Source: Malacoraja senta
Taxonomy: Eukaryota
Direction: 5' to 3'
DNA: 64,000 nt
NCBI GenBank assembly: GCA_038087875.1
Contig: CM075992.1
Location: 4,032,001-4,096,000, forward strand
The notes under the pieces were generated by a model. It saw only the letters and a program-made list of their open reading frames with translations, ran no database searches and was not told where the DNA came from. The position numbers and the translations under genes are program-made. Positions 51,852-64,000 of this stretch are shown here, in pieces; position 1 is the stretch's first letter; each line of letters begins with the position of its first letter.

Positions 51852-54138
51852 AGCCATGATCACATTGCATGGCGGTGCTGGCTCGAAGGGCCGAATGGCC
51901 TACTCCTGCACCTATTGTCTATTGTCTATTATCCTTCTAAATTCATGTGTATGCAAGCCCAGTCGCTCCATTATTTCAACATATGACAGTCCCGCCATCC
52001 CGGGAATTAACCTGCGCTGAACCTACGCTGCACTCCCTCAATAGCAAGAATGTCCTTCCTCAAATTTGGATGCCAAAACTGCACACAATGTTCCAGATGT
52101 CCTATCCATGTTTCTTAAACGTTGCGATAGTCCCTGCCTCAACTACTTCCTCTGGCAGCTCGTTCCATACACCCACCACTCTTTGTATTAAATAATTACC
52201 CCTCAGTTTCCTGTAAAATCTTTCCCCCCTTCACCTTAAACCTGTGTCCTTTAGTTCTCGATTCCCCTTCTCTGGGCAAGAGACTCAGTACGTCACTGCC
52301 TCAGTTTCTTGGCTATGGAGCCTCGCATCTACAGAGTTGGTGGAAGGTCCTATTTCCATGCTGTATCTATCATCAACCCGATCTATTTCTCTCGTGATTT
52401 TATACCCCACGAACAGATATTTGATTCTGCGCTCCCTGGTTTTTCCGAATGCTTTAAGAAGTCCTGGGATTTGAAGTGCTCCTGTGTAAACACATATTTC
52501 TTATTCTTCAGCTTGTCTCCCGGGATTGTAGCCATCACTTGCACCACATCCAATCTCAGCAGTAAATCATTTCGCTGTTGTTCATTGCAGCAGACAGGTG
52601 AAAAAGTGAATAGTTGCTTCAACCGAACCAGAGTTCCTGCTGTTCACAATGGAAACATCCCTGCACATTGTAGTTGAGCAAATGTGAGCCCACTACTCAA
52701 CAAGGGCTGACACGGTGGCCCAGCGGTAGAGTTGCTGCCTTACAGCCCCAGAGACCCGGGTTCGATCCTGACTCCAGGTGCTGCCTGTTGTCCCTGTGGA
52801 CCGCGTGGATTTTTTTCCGGGTGCTCCGGTTTCCTCTCACACTCCAAAGGTTTGTAGGTTAATTGGCTTTGGTAAAATTGTAAATTGTCCTTAGCGTGTA
52901 GGATAGAACTAGTATACGGGGATCGCTGGTCGGCGGGGTCGCGGTGGGCCGAAGGGCCTGCTTCAATGCCGTACCTCCAAACTAAACTAATATGTGTAAG
53001 CAAGAACTGCAGATGCTGGTTTATACCGAAGATAGACGCAAAATTCTAGTGTACGGGGATTGCTGGTCGGCATGGACGCGGTGGGCCGAAGGGCCTGTTT
53101 CCACGCTGTATCTCTAAAATCTAATGTCTAAACTCTAGTTAAAGAGGGGCATCACAGTGGCACAGCTGGTAGAGCTGCTGCCTCACAGCGCCACCATCAC
53201 AGTCATTCCATCTTTCTGCTCAAGAAGGAACTGCAGTTGCCTATTTCCTTCGCTCCATAGATGCTGCCTCACCCGCTGAGTTTCTCCAGCATTTTTGTCT
53301 ACTTTCCATCTTATTGCAGTGTCTTGACCCAAAATGTTTACATATGTCTCCTGCTTCCACAGGTGCTGTTTGTCCCACTGAGTTTTTGTAACGTTCTGGT
53401 TTTTTGGAAATGAAAAAAAAAGAGAAACAAAGCAAATGATAGAGGAGAAAGCAAGAGAAAGGGAAGAAAGGAGAGGTGAAAAATGGGAGAGAGGAAAGAG
53501 ACGACAGATGAAAGAAAAAGAGACAGTGAGAAAAAAAGGAATAGCTGAGCAATCTTCCATTTTAATGTAATTGTAAGAATGTAAATAATACCCAGCTGTT
53601 TAATGGAAGTAGTAGCAGACAAATAGGGTAAGTAATTTAAAGCTTAAGAAGGATTTAAGGAGCTTGTTTGCGAAAGATAGAGAAGTGCCAGGGAGGTTTG
53701 GGGTGAGAAGACAATAGACAACAGGTGTTTCCATTCGGCCCTTCGAGCCAGCACCGCCATTCAATGTGATCATGGCTGATCATCCCCAATCTGTACCCTG
53801 TTCCTGCCTTCTCCCCATATCCCCTGACTCCGCTATGTTTAAGAGCCCTATCTAGCTCTCTCTTGAAAGTACCCAGAGAACCGGCCTCCACTCCACTCAG
53901 AGAACCACTCTGAGGCAGAGGACTCCACAGACTCACCACTCTCTGTGTGAAAAAGTGTTTTCTCGTCTCCGTTCTAAATGGCTCACCCCTCATTCTTAAA
54001 CTGTGTGGCCCCTGGTCCTGGACTCCCCCAACATCGGGAACAAGGGCTAGGAGTCTTGGTAGTTGAAGGCTGGTGATAAATGTGTAAATTAGTGAATGAA
54101 GATGAGGCCAGGACCAGAGTGGTGGCAAGATTCTAGAG

Positions 54139-54346
54139 CAAGGGTTCCCAACCAGGGGGTAAATTTCACCCACCCAGGGGGTAAATGTGTAGATTCTGGA
54201 TTTGTACATATTTGTTCTCATTGACTGACTGTGTTTGGTTCTGGTATCTGTTCAACATTAGTTGTTCATAAAGAAGTGAAACAACATTGTTATGTGCTAT
54301 TAAAGTTGCCTGGGGTAAACGGGACGAACAAGGTTGGGAACCCCTG
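54139..54346. mobile_element. hAT (Charlie-like) MITE
   Basis: TIRs CAAGGGTTCCCAACC and GGTTGGGAACCCCTG. The left flank TTCTAGAG is a typical Charlie target, but the right flank does not match it. Confidence 0.65.
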
Positions 54347-54368
54347 CATTGAATCACACCAGGGTTGT

Positions 54369-54568
54369 NNNNNNNNNNNNNNNNNNNNNNNNNNNNNNNN
54401 NNNNNNNNNNNNNNNNNNNNNNNNNNNNNNNNNNNNNNNNNNNNNNNNNNNNNNNNNNNNNNNNNNNNNNNNNNNNNNNNNNNNNNNNNNNNNNNNNNNN
54501 NNNNNNNNNNNNNNNNNNNNNNNNNNNNNNNNNNNNNNNNNNNNNNNNNNNNNNNNNNNNNNNNNNNN
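54369..54568. other. Assembly gap (200 N)
   Basis: Run of N. Confidence 1.
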
Positions 54569-54648
54569 CCGCTGCCCTGGTTTTAAAGGCGGCTTGTTTT
54601 TGTTTAACAGCGTTTATGGAGTTTCAAGTGCAGCTTACGATAAACTTA

Positions 54649-54870
<222 letters not shown>

Positions 54871-54947
54871 CTAGTATACCGGGGACACACGCACTGAATG
54901 AAGGCTCTTCAGGTCACCTCAAACACTCCGTCAGACCTGGAGATTTA

Positions 54948-54954
54948 TTTTATA
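54948..54954 (-). promoter_or_regulatory. TATA box of the olfm2 exon-1 promoter
   Basis: TATAAAA on the minus strand about 115 nt upstream of the ATG, in non-repetitive sequence next to a (GA)n tract. Confidence 0.6.
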
Positions 54955-54988
54955 GCGTCCATGCAATCCAGCCCTGATCACATCAGAT

Positions 54989-55017
54989 CTCTCTCTCTCC
55001 CTCTCTCCCTGTCTCCT

Positions 55018-55061
<44 letters not shown>

Positions 55062-55072
55062 ACACACACACA
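54989..55072. repeat. (CT)n and (CA)n tract immediately upstream of the olfm2 TATA box
   Basis: Directly visible. Confidence 0.9.
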
Positions 55073-55590
55073 GTCACATTCCACACGGTTCTTGACGTCA
55101 ACCAGAGCAAGCAAGAGGCTCGGGGAAAGCAGAAAGGATTCGAAGCTAAATGCAAGGAAATAATTTAACACATTAGGTGCTGAGAGCTAGTCCACATGGT
55201 TTGCTGGGCAAACATTCCTTGCCCGGTGACCAAGCTAGAAATAATCCCTGCAGTGAACATTACTGCCAATGTTTCAAAAGGTGATAAGATCAGAAGTGAT
55301 AGGAGTAGAATTAGGCCATTCAGCCCATCAAGTCTATTCCGCCATTCAATCATGGCTGAAGAAGGGTTTCGGCCCGAAACGTTGCCTATTTCCTTCGCTC
55401 CATAGATGCTGCCGCACCCGCTGAGTTTCTCCAGCACTTTTGTCTACCTGGGATTTTCCAGCATCTGCAGTTCCTTCTTAAACAATCATGGCTGATCTAT
55501 CTCTCCCTCCTAACCCCATTCTCCTGCCTTCTCCCCGTGACCTCTGTGTGGTCTTGCACGTTTATGATTCATACCCTTAGCAAGGGTAAA

Positions 55591-55624
55591 GTCTGAAGAA
55601 GGGTCTCGACCCGAAACGTCACCC
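55591..55624 (+). ncRNA. Minimal hammerhead ribozyme motif (CUCG subfamily)
   Basis: GT-CTGAAGA-A-GGGT(CTCG)ACCC-GAAA-CGTC-AC. Intact core, GUC site, very short stem I. Confidence 0.65.
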
Positions 55625-56189
55625 ACTCCTCCTCTCCAGAGATGCTGCCTGTCCCGCTGAGTTACTCCAACTTTTTGTGTCTATCTTCGGTGTAAACCAG
55701 CATCTGCAGTTCCTCGCTACACATTACGTCAAGGCGGCAGGTTGCTTTGTACGCTCTAACTTCAAGTAACCCTTGCATCCCCTCTCTCTCCGTCCCTCCC
55801 CCACCCCTAGTTTTCAAAGTTGCCCTGGTGTCTCATTGTCTGACACTCATTTAAACCTAGCCCACAGCTAACAATGGCCTGTTTCCTTTATCCGCTACAT
55901 ATTTCATTCATTTGTTCTATATCTCTCTATAGCATCTACAGTATATCTCTCGTGTAGGAAAGAACTGCAGGTGCTGGTTTAAATCCAAGATAGACACAAA
56001 ACGCTGGAGTAACTCAGCGGGACGGGCAGCATCCCTGGAGAGAAGGAATGGGTGAGGTTTCGGGTCGAGACCCTTTTTCAGACTGGTGGGCGGGACAGAT
56101 ATAGAATGTAGTCGGAGACAGTAAGGCTGGTCGGAGAACTGGGAAGGGGGAGGGGATGGAGAGAGAAAAACAGTTTAACTCCCCCTCCC

Positions 56190-56527
56190 ATCCCCACACT
56201 GACCTTTCTGTCCTGGACCTCCTCCATTGTCAGAGTGAGGCCCAGCACAAATTGGAGGAACAGCACCTCATATTTCGTTTGGGTAGTTTACACCCCAGCG
56301 GTATGAACATTGACTTCTCTAACTTCAAGCAGCCCTTGCTTTCCCTCTCTCTCTCGAAGATAGACACAAAAAGCTGGAGTAACTCAGCGGGACAGCGAGA
56401 CCCTTCTTCAGACCCATCCCCTCCCCCTTTCCAGTTCTCCGACCAGTCTTACCGTCTCCGACTACATTTTAACCCTGTCCCACCCACTCCCCTGACATCA
56501 GTCTGAAGAAGGGTCTCGACCCGAAAT
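56190..56527 (+). mobile_element. Penelope-like element 3' fragment
   Basis: HCQSEAQHKLEEQHLIFRLGSLHPSGMNIDFSNFK, then a hammerhead segment at about 56503. A related piece is at about 46060-46260. Confidence 0.78.
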
Positions 56528-59064
56528 TAGATTAACCTGGCATAATTGTGGGCAGAAAAGCCTCTTTCTATACAGTTTCATACATTGATGTAACATTTGT
56601 AACTGAAAATGATTTTTCTTCCCTTCAAAGTAAAAACAGCAATGACCATTTCCAGATCATTCCACCTCACACCACATAGTCAACCATCATTTCTGGCCAT
56701 TAGCTTCTGTCTCCGACTCAATCTCCACAGTTGTCATGCATGGGATTCTAATTTAGAATATTAGAGAGATACAACACAGATACAGTCCCTTCAGCCCACT
56801 GAGTCCGCACTGACCATCAACTAACCCAATTACTCTCATGTCCATAAGTCACTAGGGGTAGAATTAGGCCATTCGGCCCATCAGGGTCCACCCATCAGCC
56901 AATTCAACCATGGCTGATCTAACTTTCCCTCTCAATCTCATTCTCATGGGAAGGAACTGCAGATGTGTCATTGAAGATACAAGAGTAACTCAGCGGGACA
57001 GGCAGCACATCTGGAGAGAAGGAATGGGTGATGTTTGGGGACGAGACCCTTCTTCAGACTGAGCGTCAGGGGAGAGGGAGACACGGGGATAAAGAAGTAA
57101 GGTGTGAAGAGGAGACATCAAAGGGGAGGCAGTTCAAGGATGATGTAGAATAGATCAGGGAGAGGTGGCAACGAAGCATATAGAGATTAATTTTTAATCG
57201 AGGTCAGTCAAACTGGTCAGAGAACGGGGATGGGGGGGGGGGGGGGGATGGAGAGAGAGGGAAAGCAAGGATTACTTGAAGTTAGAGAAGTCAATTTTCA
57301 AAGGGTTGTAAGCTGCCCAAGTGAAATATGAGGTGGTGTTTCTCAACACCGACTTCTCTAACTTCAAGTAACCCTTGCCTCCCCTCTCTCTCGATCTGCA
57401 TTACCAAACTCTTCATTATGCTTTATCCCCCACTCCTTAGATCATGTCAATAGTACTTTTTAAATTCTAGAGAGTGCAAAAGATAGGCACAAAGTGCAGG
57501 AGTAACTCAGCGGGTCAGGCAGCATCTCTGGAGAAAAGGGATAGGTGACCTCTCGGGTCTTCAGACGGAGAGTCGGGGGGAAAGGCAAACGAGAGATATA
57601 GACACAATATGTTGGAGTAACTCAGCAGGACAGGCAGCATCTAGGGAGAGAAGGAATGGGTGACGTTTCGGGACGAGACCCTTCTTCAGACGGATTAATC
57701 CAACCTCCTCCACATTCCGATACATGATCCACATTCCTCAATTCCCTGCATATCCATGTGCCTATCTAATCACCTCTTTAAAGCCACTCTTATCTGCCTC
57801 TACCACCACCCCTAGCAGCACGTTCCAGGCACCCACCACTCTCTGTGTAAATAGAGACCTCCTTTAAATGTTGCCCCTCTCACCTTAAAACCGTGCCCTC
57901 TAGTCCTTGACATTTCCACTTTGGGGAAAAAGGTTCTGACTGAAGGATATTGCCAGAAGGACTGGAATACAAAAACAGGGATGTAATTCTGAGGTAGACA
58001 AAAGTGCTGGAGAAACTTAGCGGGTGCAGCAGCATCTATGGAGCGAAGGAAATAGGCAACGTTTCGGGCCTCTAAACCCTTCTTCAGACTGATGTAATTC
58101 TGAGGCTCCATAAGGCACTGGTCAGGCCACATTTGGAGTATTGTGAGCATTTATGGGTCCCATATCTGAGGAAGGATGTGCCGGCTCTGGAGAGGGTCCA
58201 GAGGAGGTTTCCCAGAATGATCCCAGGAATGAGTGGGTTAGAACATGATGAGCCTTTGACAGCACTGGGCCTGTGCTCGCTGGAGTTTAGAAGGCTGAGG
58301 GGGGGACCTCATTGAAACTCACCGAATAGTGAAAGGCCTGGATAGAGTGGATGTGGAGATGTGGATGTTTCCACTGGGGGGAGAGTCTGGGACTAGAGGT
58401 CACAGCCTCGGAATTAAAGGACGTTCCTTTAGGAAGGAGATGAGGAGGAATTTCTTTAGTCAGAGGGTGGTGAATCTGTGGAATTCTTTGCCACAGGCCA
58501 AGTCAGTAGATATTTTTAAGGCAGAGATAGATAGGTTCTTGATTAGTACGGGTGCCAGAGGTTTTGGGAGAAGGCAGGAGAATGGGATTAGGAGGGAGAG
58601 ATAGATCAGCCATGATTGATTGGCGGAGTAGACTTGATGGGCCGAATGGCCTAATTCTGCTCCTATCACTTATGACCTTATGACCTTCTGACTCGATGGT
58701 CTGAGCAACAGGGAGAGGTTGAGCAGGCTAGGATTTTATTCCCTGGAACACAGGAGGCTGAGGAGTGATCTTATAGAGGTTCACAAAATCAGGAGAGGAA
58801 TAGATCAAGGCTCTTGCCCAGAGTAGGGGAATCGAGAACCAGAGGGGCATAGGTTTAAGGTAAAGGGGGAATGATTTTACATAAATCCAAGGTGTATCTT
58901 TTTGCACATGAAAAGGGTGGTGGGTGTATGGAACGAGCTGCCAGAGGAGGTAGTTGAGGCAGGGACTATTGCAAAGTTTCAAAAAGCAATTAGACATGGA
59001 GTTTGTTTGAGAAGGTAGACAAAAGTGCTGGAGAAACTCAGTGGGTGCGGCAGCGAAGGAAATA

Positions 59065-59097
59065 GGCAACGTTTCGGGCCGAAGCCCTTCTTCAGAC
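59065..59097 (-). ncRNA. Minimal hammerhead ribozyme motif with C(UUCG)G stem II
   Basis: Minus strand GTCTGAAGA-A-GGGC(TTCG)GCCC-GAAA-CGTTGCC. Confidence 0.6.
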
Positions 59098-59693
59098 ATG
59101 GACGTGGATGGGACAGGTTTAGAGGGATATGGGATATATGCAGGCTAGTGGGACTCATGTAGATGGGACATCCTTGTGGGCAAGTTGGGTTGAAGGGCCT
59201 GTTTCCACACTATGACTATGACCCTCATCATTTTATACACTTCTCTAAGTTCTCCACTCATCTCCGACGCTCCAGAGAAAACACTCCAACCTCTCCTTGC
59301 AACTAATACCAACTAATCCAGGCAGCTGATAAAAAATGAAAGTTTACAATTGAATTTCACGGCAAGAGGCATCAGTATGGGTAGAAGGCTGGCTTTCTGA
59401 ACTGACTCACTAATGTAAGACTCCCTGCATGAGAAAACAGAGATTAAAATTAAATGTTAAATTTCACGATTTGCTGACAATAATTCCTACCTCACACTGC
59501 ACCTACAATGTATTTTCCCTTGCTCACTGAAGTGTGTGGGTTATCGTCTAATTAATCACCTGGAGAAGATAAATCCCATTTGCTGGCAGATTAATCAACA
59601 AAATTAGCTGTTTGAACATTTCAGACTGCTGGGCTATCATTAATCAGAATACTCAAATCAAACTTGTAAGTGTGTGTGTGCGTGTGTGAGTAA

Positions 59694-60273
59694 AGGGCCT
59701 GTCCCACCTGGGTGTCTTTTGCGCATCATTTACGCGACAGGCCGGTTGTGACTGACGCGCGATGGTCGCGCGCAAATCACACGCCATCATGCGTCAGCAC
59801 AGCCGTCTGGTATGCGTGACGTCATGAGAATACCCTGCTTCCCTATTCTGCTTCATGACCATCATGGAAGAACTACAGATTATATTGCTACAGCAACAAC
59901 AAAGACTTCTGTTAGCAGGTTAGAGGTTACGTGACGCGTAAAAGGCGGGCCGACTGCGTATGGGCGTCGCGTGGCGTCGCATGTTTACGGACGTTGACAC
60001 ACGGTGACATAACCACGCGTCAGCACGCGATACACGTGCGACGTCGGGACGTCAGCGTGCGACGCCAATGCGTCAGCGTGCGTAAGCGATGCGTCACGCA
60101 GGTGGGGCGCGAGGATTTCGGTACACTACGAAATCCTGGAGCGCCGCGCGATACCGAGCGCCATTACATGCGATTCCACGCGCCATGCGCTACGCGCGCG
60201 TCACGGCGCGTCGACCAATTTTCTACATGACGCGTAAATGAGGCGCAAATGACACCCAAGTGGGACAGGCCGT
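59694..60273. mobile_element. PIF/Harbinger-type MITE with TAA TSD, CpG-rich
   Basis: TIRs plus TAA on both sides, internal ACGCG and GCGTCA repeats. Confidence 0.88.
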
Positions 60274-60289
60274 TAAGTGTTTGTAATCT

Positions 60290-60635
60290 GGGCGGTATGG
60301 TGGCGCAGCGGTAGAGTTGCTGCCTTACAGCTCAAGAGAATCCTGACTACGGGTGCTGTCTGTACAGAGTTTGTAAGTCCATCCCGTGACCTGCGTGGGT
60401 TTTCTCCGGGTGCTCCGGTTTCCTCCCACACTCCAAAGGCGTGCAGGTTTGTAGTTGACAATTTTTTTTTACCGAAGCCGACTAACCTACAAAGCTGCAC
60501 GTCTTTGGAGTGTGGGAGGAAACCGTAGCACCCGGGAAAACCCACGCGGTCACGGGGAGAACGTACAGGCAACACCTGTAGTCAGGATCAAACCCGGGTC
60601 TCTGGTGCTGTAAGATAGCAACTGCGCCACTTTGC
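60290..60635. mobile_element. Inverted pair of V-SINE pieces
   Basis: Plus head and V-domain to about 60455, followed by a minus copy. Confidence 0.8.
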
Positions 60636-60773
60636 CACTCCTACTTCTCCCTCACTCCCTGCTCTACCCACTCTTCTAACAAGAGAGTCGATGAGTTGAC
60701 TGGTCAACAATACGGACAAGCTGAAGCATTAAAGTTGACCTCGAGCTAGTTCTTTGAGCCAGAGCAATCCTAA

Positions 60774-61123
60774 AGCCCCTGTCCCACTTAGGAGACCTAA
60801 ACGGCAACCTCTGGTGACCTTGTCCTCCACCCAAGGTTTCCATGAGGTTACAGGAGCTTTGGTCACTCTCCCTAATGGTCGAAAGTGGTTCCCGCGTGGT
60901 CGAGGCTTCATCTAGGTTGCTGCTATTTTTTCATCGTGTTTAAAACTGGCCTCGACTGAAAATAGGTTGCCGTTTTAAAAATCGATAATTTTTTAGTCGC
61001 AGGTCTAGTCGAAGCCAGTTTTCTTCATAATCGAGGAAGGTTTTCAACATATGCGTGGGAGGTGGTAGGAGGCTGCAGGTCACCAGAGGTTGCTGTTTAG
61101 GTCTCCTAAGTGGGACAGGGGCT
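60774..61123. mobile_element. PIF/Harbinger-type MITE with about 45-bp TIRs
   Basis: AGCCCCTGTCCCACTTAGGAGACCTAAAC.GCAACCTCTGGTGACCT is inverted at the right end. Confidence 0.85.
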
Positions 61124-61233
61124 CTAATGCTTCTCGTTTCCCACAAGCTAATAACTCTGTGAAACACATGTTGACCCACTTTCTTCTGCATTAAAACTTC
61201 TCTCTGCACTAAAACACTCCAGAACGTGTAGAG

Positions 61234-61572
61234 TGGCACGGTGGCGCAGCGGTAGAGTTGCTGCCTTATAGCGCTTGCAGCCCCGGGGACCCGGGTTCGA
61301 CCCCGACTACGGGTGCTGTCTGTACGGAGTTTGTACATTCTCCCCATGACCTGCGTGGGTTTTCTCCGAGATCTCCAGTTTCCTCCCACACTCCACAGAC
61401 GTACAGGTTTGTAGGTTAATTGGCTTGGTATAAGTGTAAAATTGTCCCTACTGTGTGTAGGATAGTGTTAGTGTGCTGGGGTCGCTGGTCGGTGCCGAAG
61501 GGCCTGTTTCCGCGCTGTATCTCTAAACTCAACTAAACTAAACTAAACTAAATTAAAATAAATTAAACTAAA
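61234..61572 (+). mobile_element. Full-length HE1-like V-SINE
   Basis: Head, V-domain and (TAAAC)n tail. Confidence 0.88.
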
Positions 61573-64000
61573 CTGCAGATTCTGGAATCCTGATCAAAAT
61601 ACAAAGTGCTAGAATAATTCAGTGGTAGATGAAAATGCTGGAGAAACTCAGCGGGTGAGGCAGCATCTATGGAGCGAAGGTTTCCTTCGCTCCATAGATG
61701 CTGCCTCACCCGCTGAGTTTCTCCAGCATTTTTGTCTACCTTCGATTTTCCAGCATCTGCAGTTCCTTCTTAAACAGAGTAACTCAGTGGGTCAGGCAGC
61801 CTTCCCTCTCAACCCCATTCTCTTGCCTTCTCCTCGATAGTGCTAGTGTGTGGGGATTGCTGGTCAATAGACAATAGACAATAGGTGCAGGAGTAGGCCA
61901 TTCGGCCCTTCGAGCACAGCACCGCCATTCAATGTGATCATGGCTGATCATCCCCAATCAGTACCCCGTTCCTGCCTTCTCCCCATATCCCCTGACTCCG
62001 CTATCTTTAAGAGCCCTATCTAGCTCGCTCTTGAAAGTATCCAGAGAACCGGCCTCCACCGCCCTCTGAGGCAGAGAATTCCACAGTCGGTGTGGACTCA
62101 GAGGGCCTGTTTCCGCACTGTATCACTAAACTAAACTAAGCTAATATCTCCATGTAGCAAATGCTGAACCACTTTCTTCTGCATTAAAACCTCTCCCTGC
62201 ACTTATCGCTCAACAACCTTAATAACACTTGGTGTGATGAGGTAGATTTGTGGATTATGGAGATCAGTGGATCACCAATGTACATCTGTTCAATGGCTCA
62301 GCTGTTCCAAATAGCTAAGGGACAAATGGCAAGCCGAAAGGGTTCAGATATCAAAGTGACTAGAAAAGATTAACTCCCTTCTGGCACATTGGCTTTCATC
62401 AGTCATAAATTCATAGGTTCTAGGAGCAGAATAAGGCCATTCGGCCCATCAAGTCGTCATGTGCGCCCTCAGAATTAAAGGGCGCTCTTTTAGAAAGGAG
62501 GTGAGGAGGAACTTCTTCAGTCAGAGGGTTGTTAATCTGTGGAACCCATTGCCACAGAGAGCTGTGGAGGCCAAGTACGTGGATATTTTGAAGGCAGAGG
62601 TAGACAAGTTCTTCATTAGAACGGGTGTCAAGGGTTATGGGGAGAAGGCAGGAAAATGGGATTAGGAGGCAGAGATCAGCCATGATTGAATGGCCGAGTG
62701 GACTCGATGGGCCGAATGGCCTGATTCTATTGCTGTAATCTTGTATAATATGAACGTGTCTACTCTGCCATTCAATCATGGCTGATCTATCTATCCCTCT
62801 CAACCCCATTCTCCTGCCTTCACCGCATTACCCCCGACACCCGTACTGATCAAGAAGAGTCCTAGTACTGTATATAAGTTGCGAGGTCAGGTTGCAGTTA
62901 TGTAAGATGTTGGTGAGGCCACATTTCTGAGTGTTGTGTTCACTTTGGGCACCATGTTTTAGGAAAGACCGCTGGTCGGTGCGGACTCGGTGGGCCGAAG
63001 GTCCTGTTTCCGCGCCGTATCTCTAAACTACACTCAACTCAATCCAGTACCACTGTAAACCTCCCCAGATCCCTTAACAAGGCTCTCGTGCAGTTGATTT
63101 AAGTGTGTAATCAGTTAGCATTCAGCTCTCTCTCTCTCTAATTGTTATGGTAACCTCCTCACTAAAACGTGATCAACACCGCTTCCACTATCTGAGGGAT
63201 AGGACTTTCACAATTACATTAAGTATCCTCTCATTTCTCTATCATTTCATGGTTTTAAATTGAGTCTTTTCAACTTTCATGCTAAGCACATATTTTAGCA
63301 GAAATATCCAATTAGTTAAAACAGATTGCTATCTTGGTCAAATTCCCAATATATTTCATAGGGTGGTCTTATATGGTACACATTCCCTCTTTGTGCAGAA
63401 ACCAGTCATCTTTGTATTGATTTGATATGAGTATTCCAGCCTGTGAAGCATCTTTTCTAATCCTTGCTCGCTGAAAGTGTCATAGGTGTTGATATAAAAT
63501 CCTTGTGGACAAAAACAGAGAGCAAAAAAACATCACTTCTATTGCAATGTAAGGCAATATAAACTGAGCCAGGCTCATGGGAATGGCTTCAAAAACAAAT
63601 CCAATACACATTAAAATGAGCTTCGGATAAATCTATAGCTCCTTATTAGAGTTGGAGTCATAGATGCATACAGCACAGAAACAGGTCCTTCGGCCCATCT
63701 TGCCCATGTCAACCAGTTCAGTTTGTGCAATGATTTTATTTTAATCTCCAAGAAACCCAACCAGCGTTTTCAGATGCAGCACTCAGCTACTTAACAAAAT
63801 CCATGCACCAGTTTCAGTTTATTGTCCCGTGTACCGAGGTACAGTGATAAGGTTTTGTTGCGTGCTAACCAGCCCGCGGAACGACAATACATGATTACAA
63901 TCGAGCCATTTACAGTGTATAGATACATGATAATGGAATGACTTTTAGTGCAAGGTAAAGCCAGCTAAGTCCAATCAAAGATAGTCTGAGGGTCACCAAT

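Overview
Repeat-dense vertebrate genomic DNA; the repeat content (HE1/V-type SINEs, CR1/HER1-like LINEs) points to a cartilaginous fish, probably a skate or ray. The window holds the 5' part of a noelin/olfactomedin gene on the minus strand, best matching olfm2: a TATA box near 54950, coding exon 1 (54697-54834) and exon 2 (37166-37312). I found no exon 3, so intron 2 appears to exceed 37 kb. Introns and flanks are filled with transposable elements: a near-full-length Tx1-clade LINE (about 2545-9100, minus), many tRNA-headed V-SINEs, CR1 and Rex/Babar fragments, eight PIF/Harbinger-type MITEs, a hAT MITE, a non-autonomous Helitron with a 48-bp tandem array, and two short RTE-derived elements. 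The most notable signal is a dispersed family of about 100-200 bp Penelope-derived mini-elements carrying a minimal hammerhead ribozyme motif, several with 9-26 bp target duplications and many in inverted pairs. There are two 200-N assembly gaps. Repeat family names come from motif recognition, not database searches, and repeat boundaries are approximate unless a TSD or TIR is cited.
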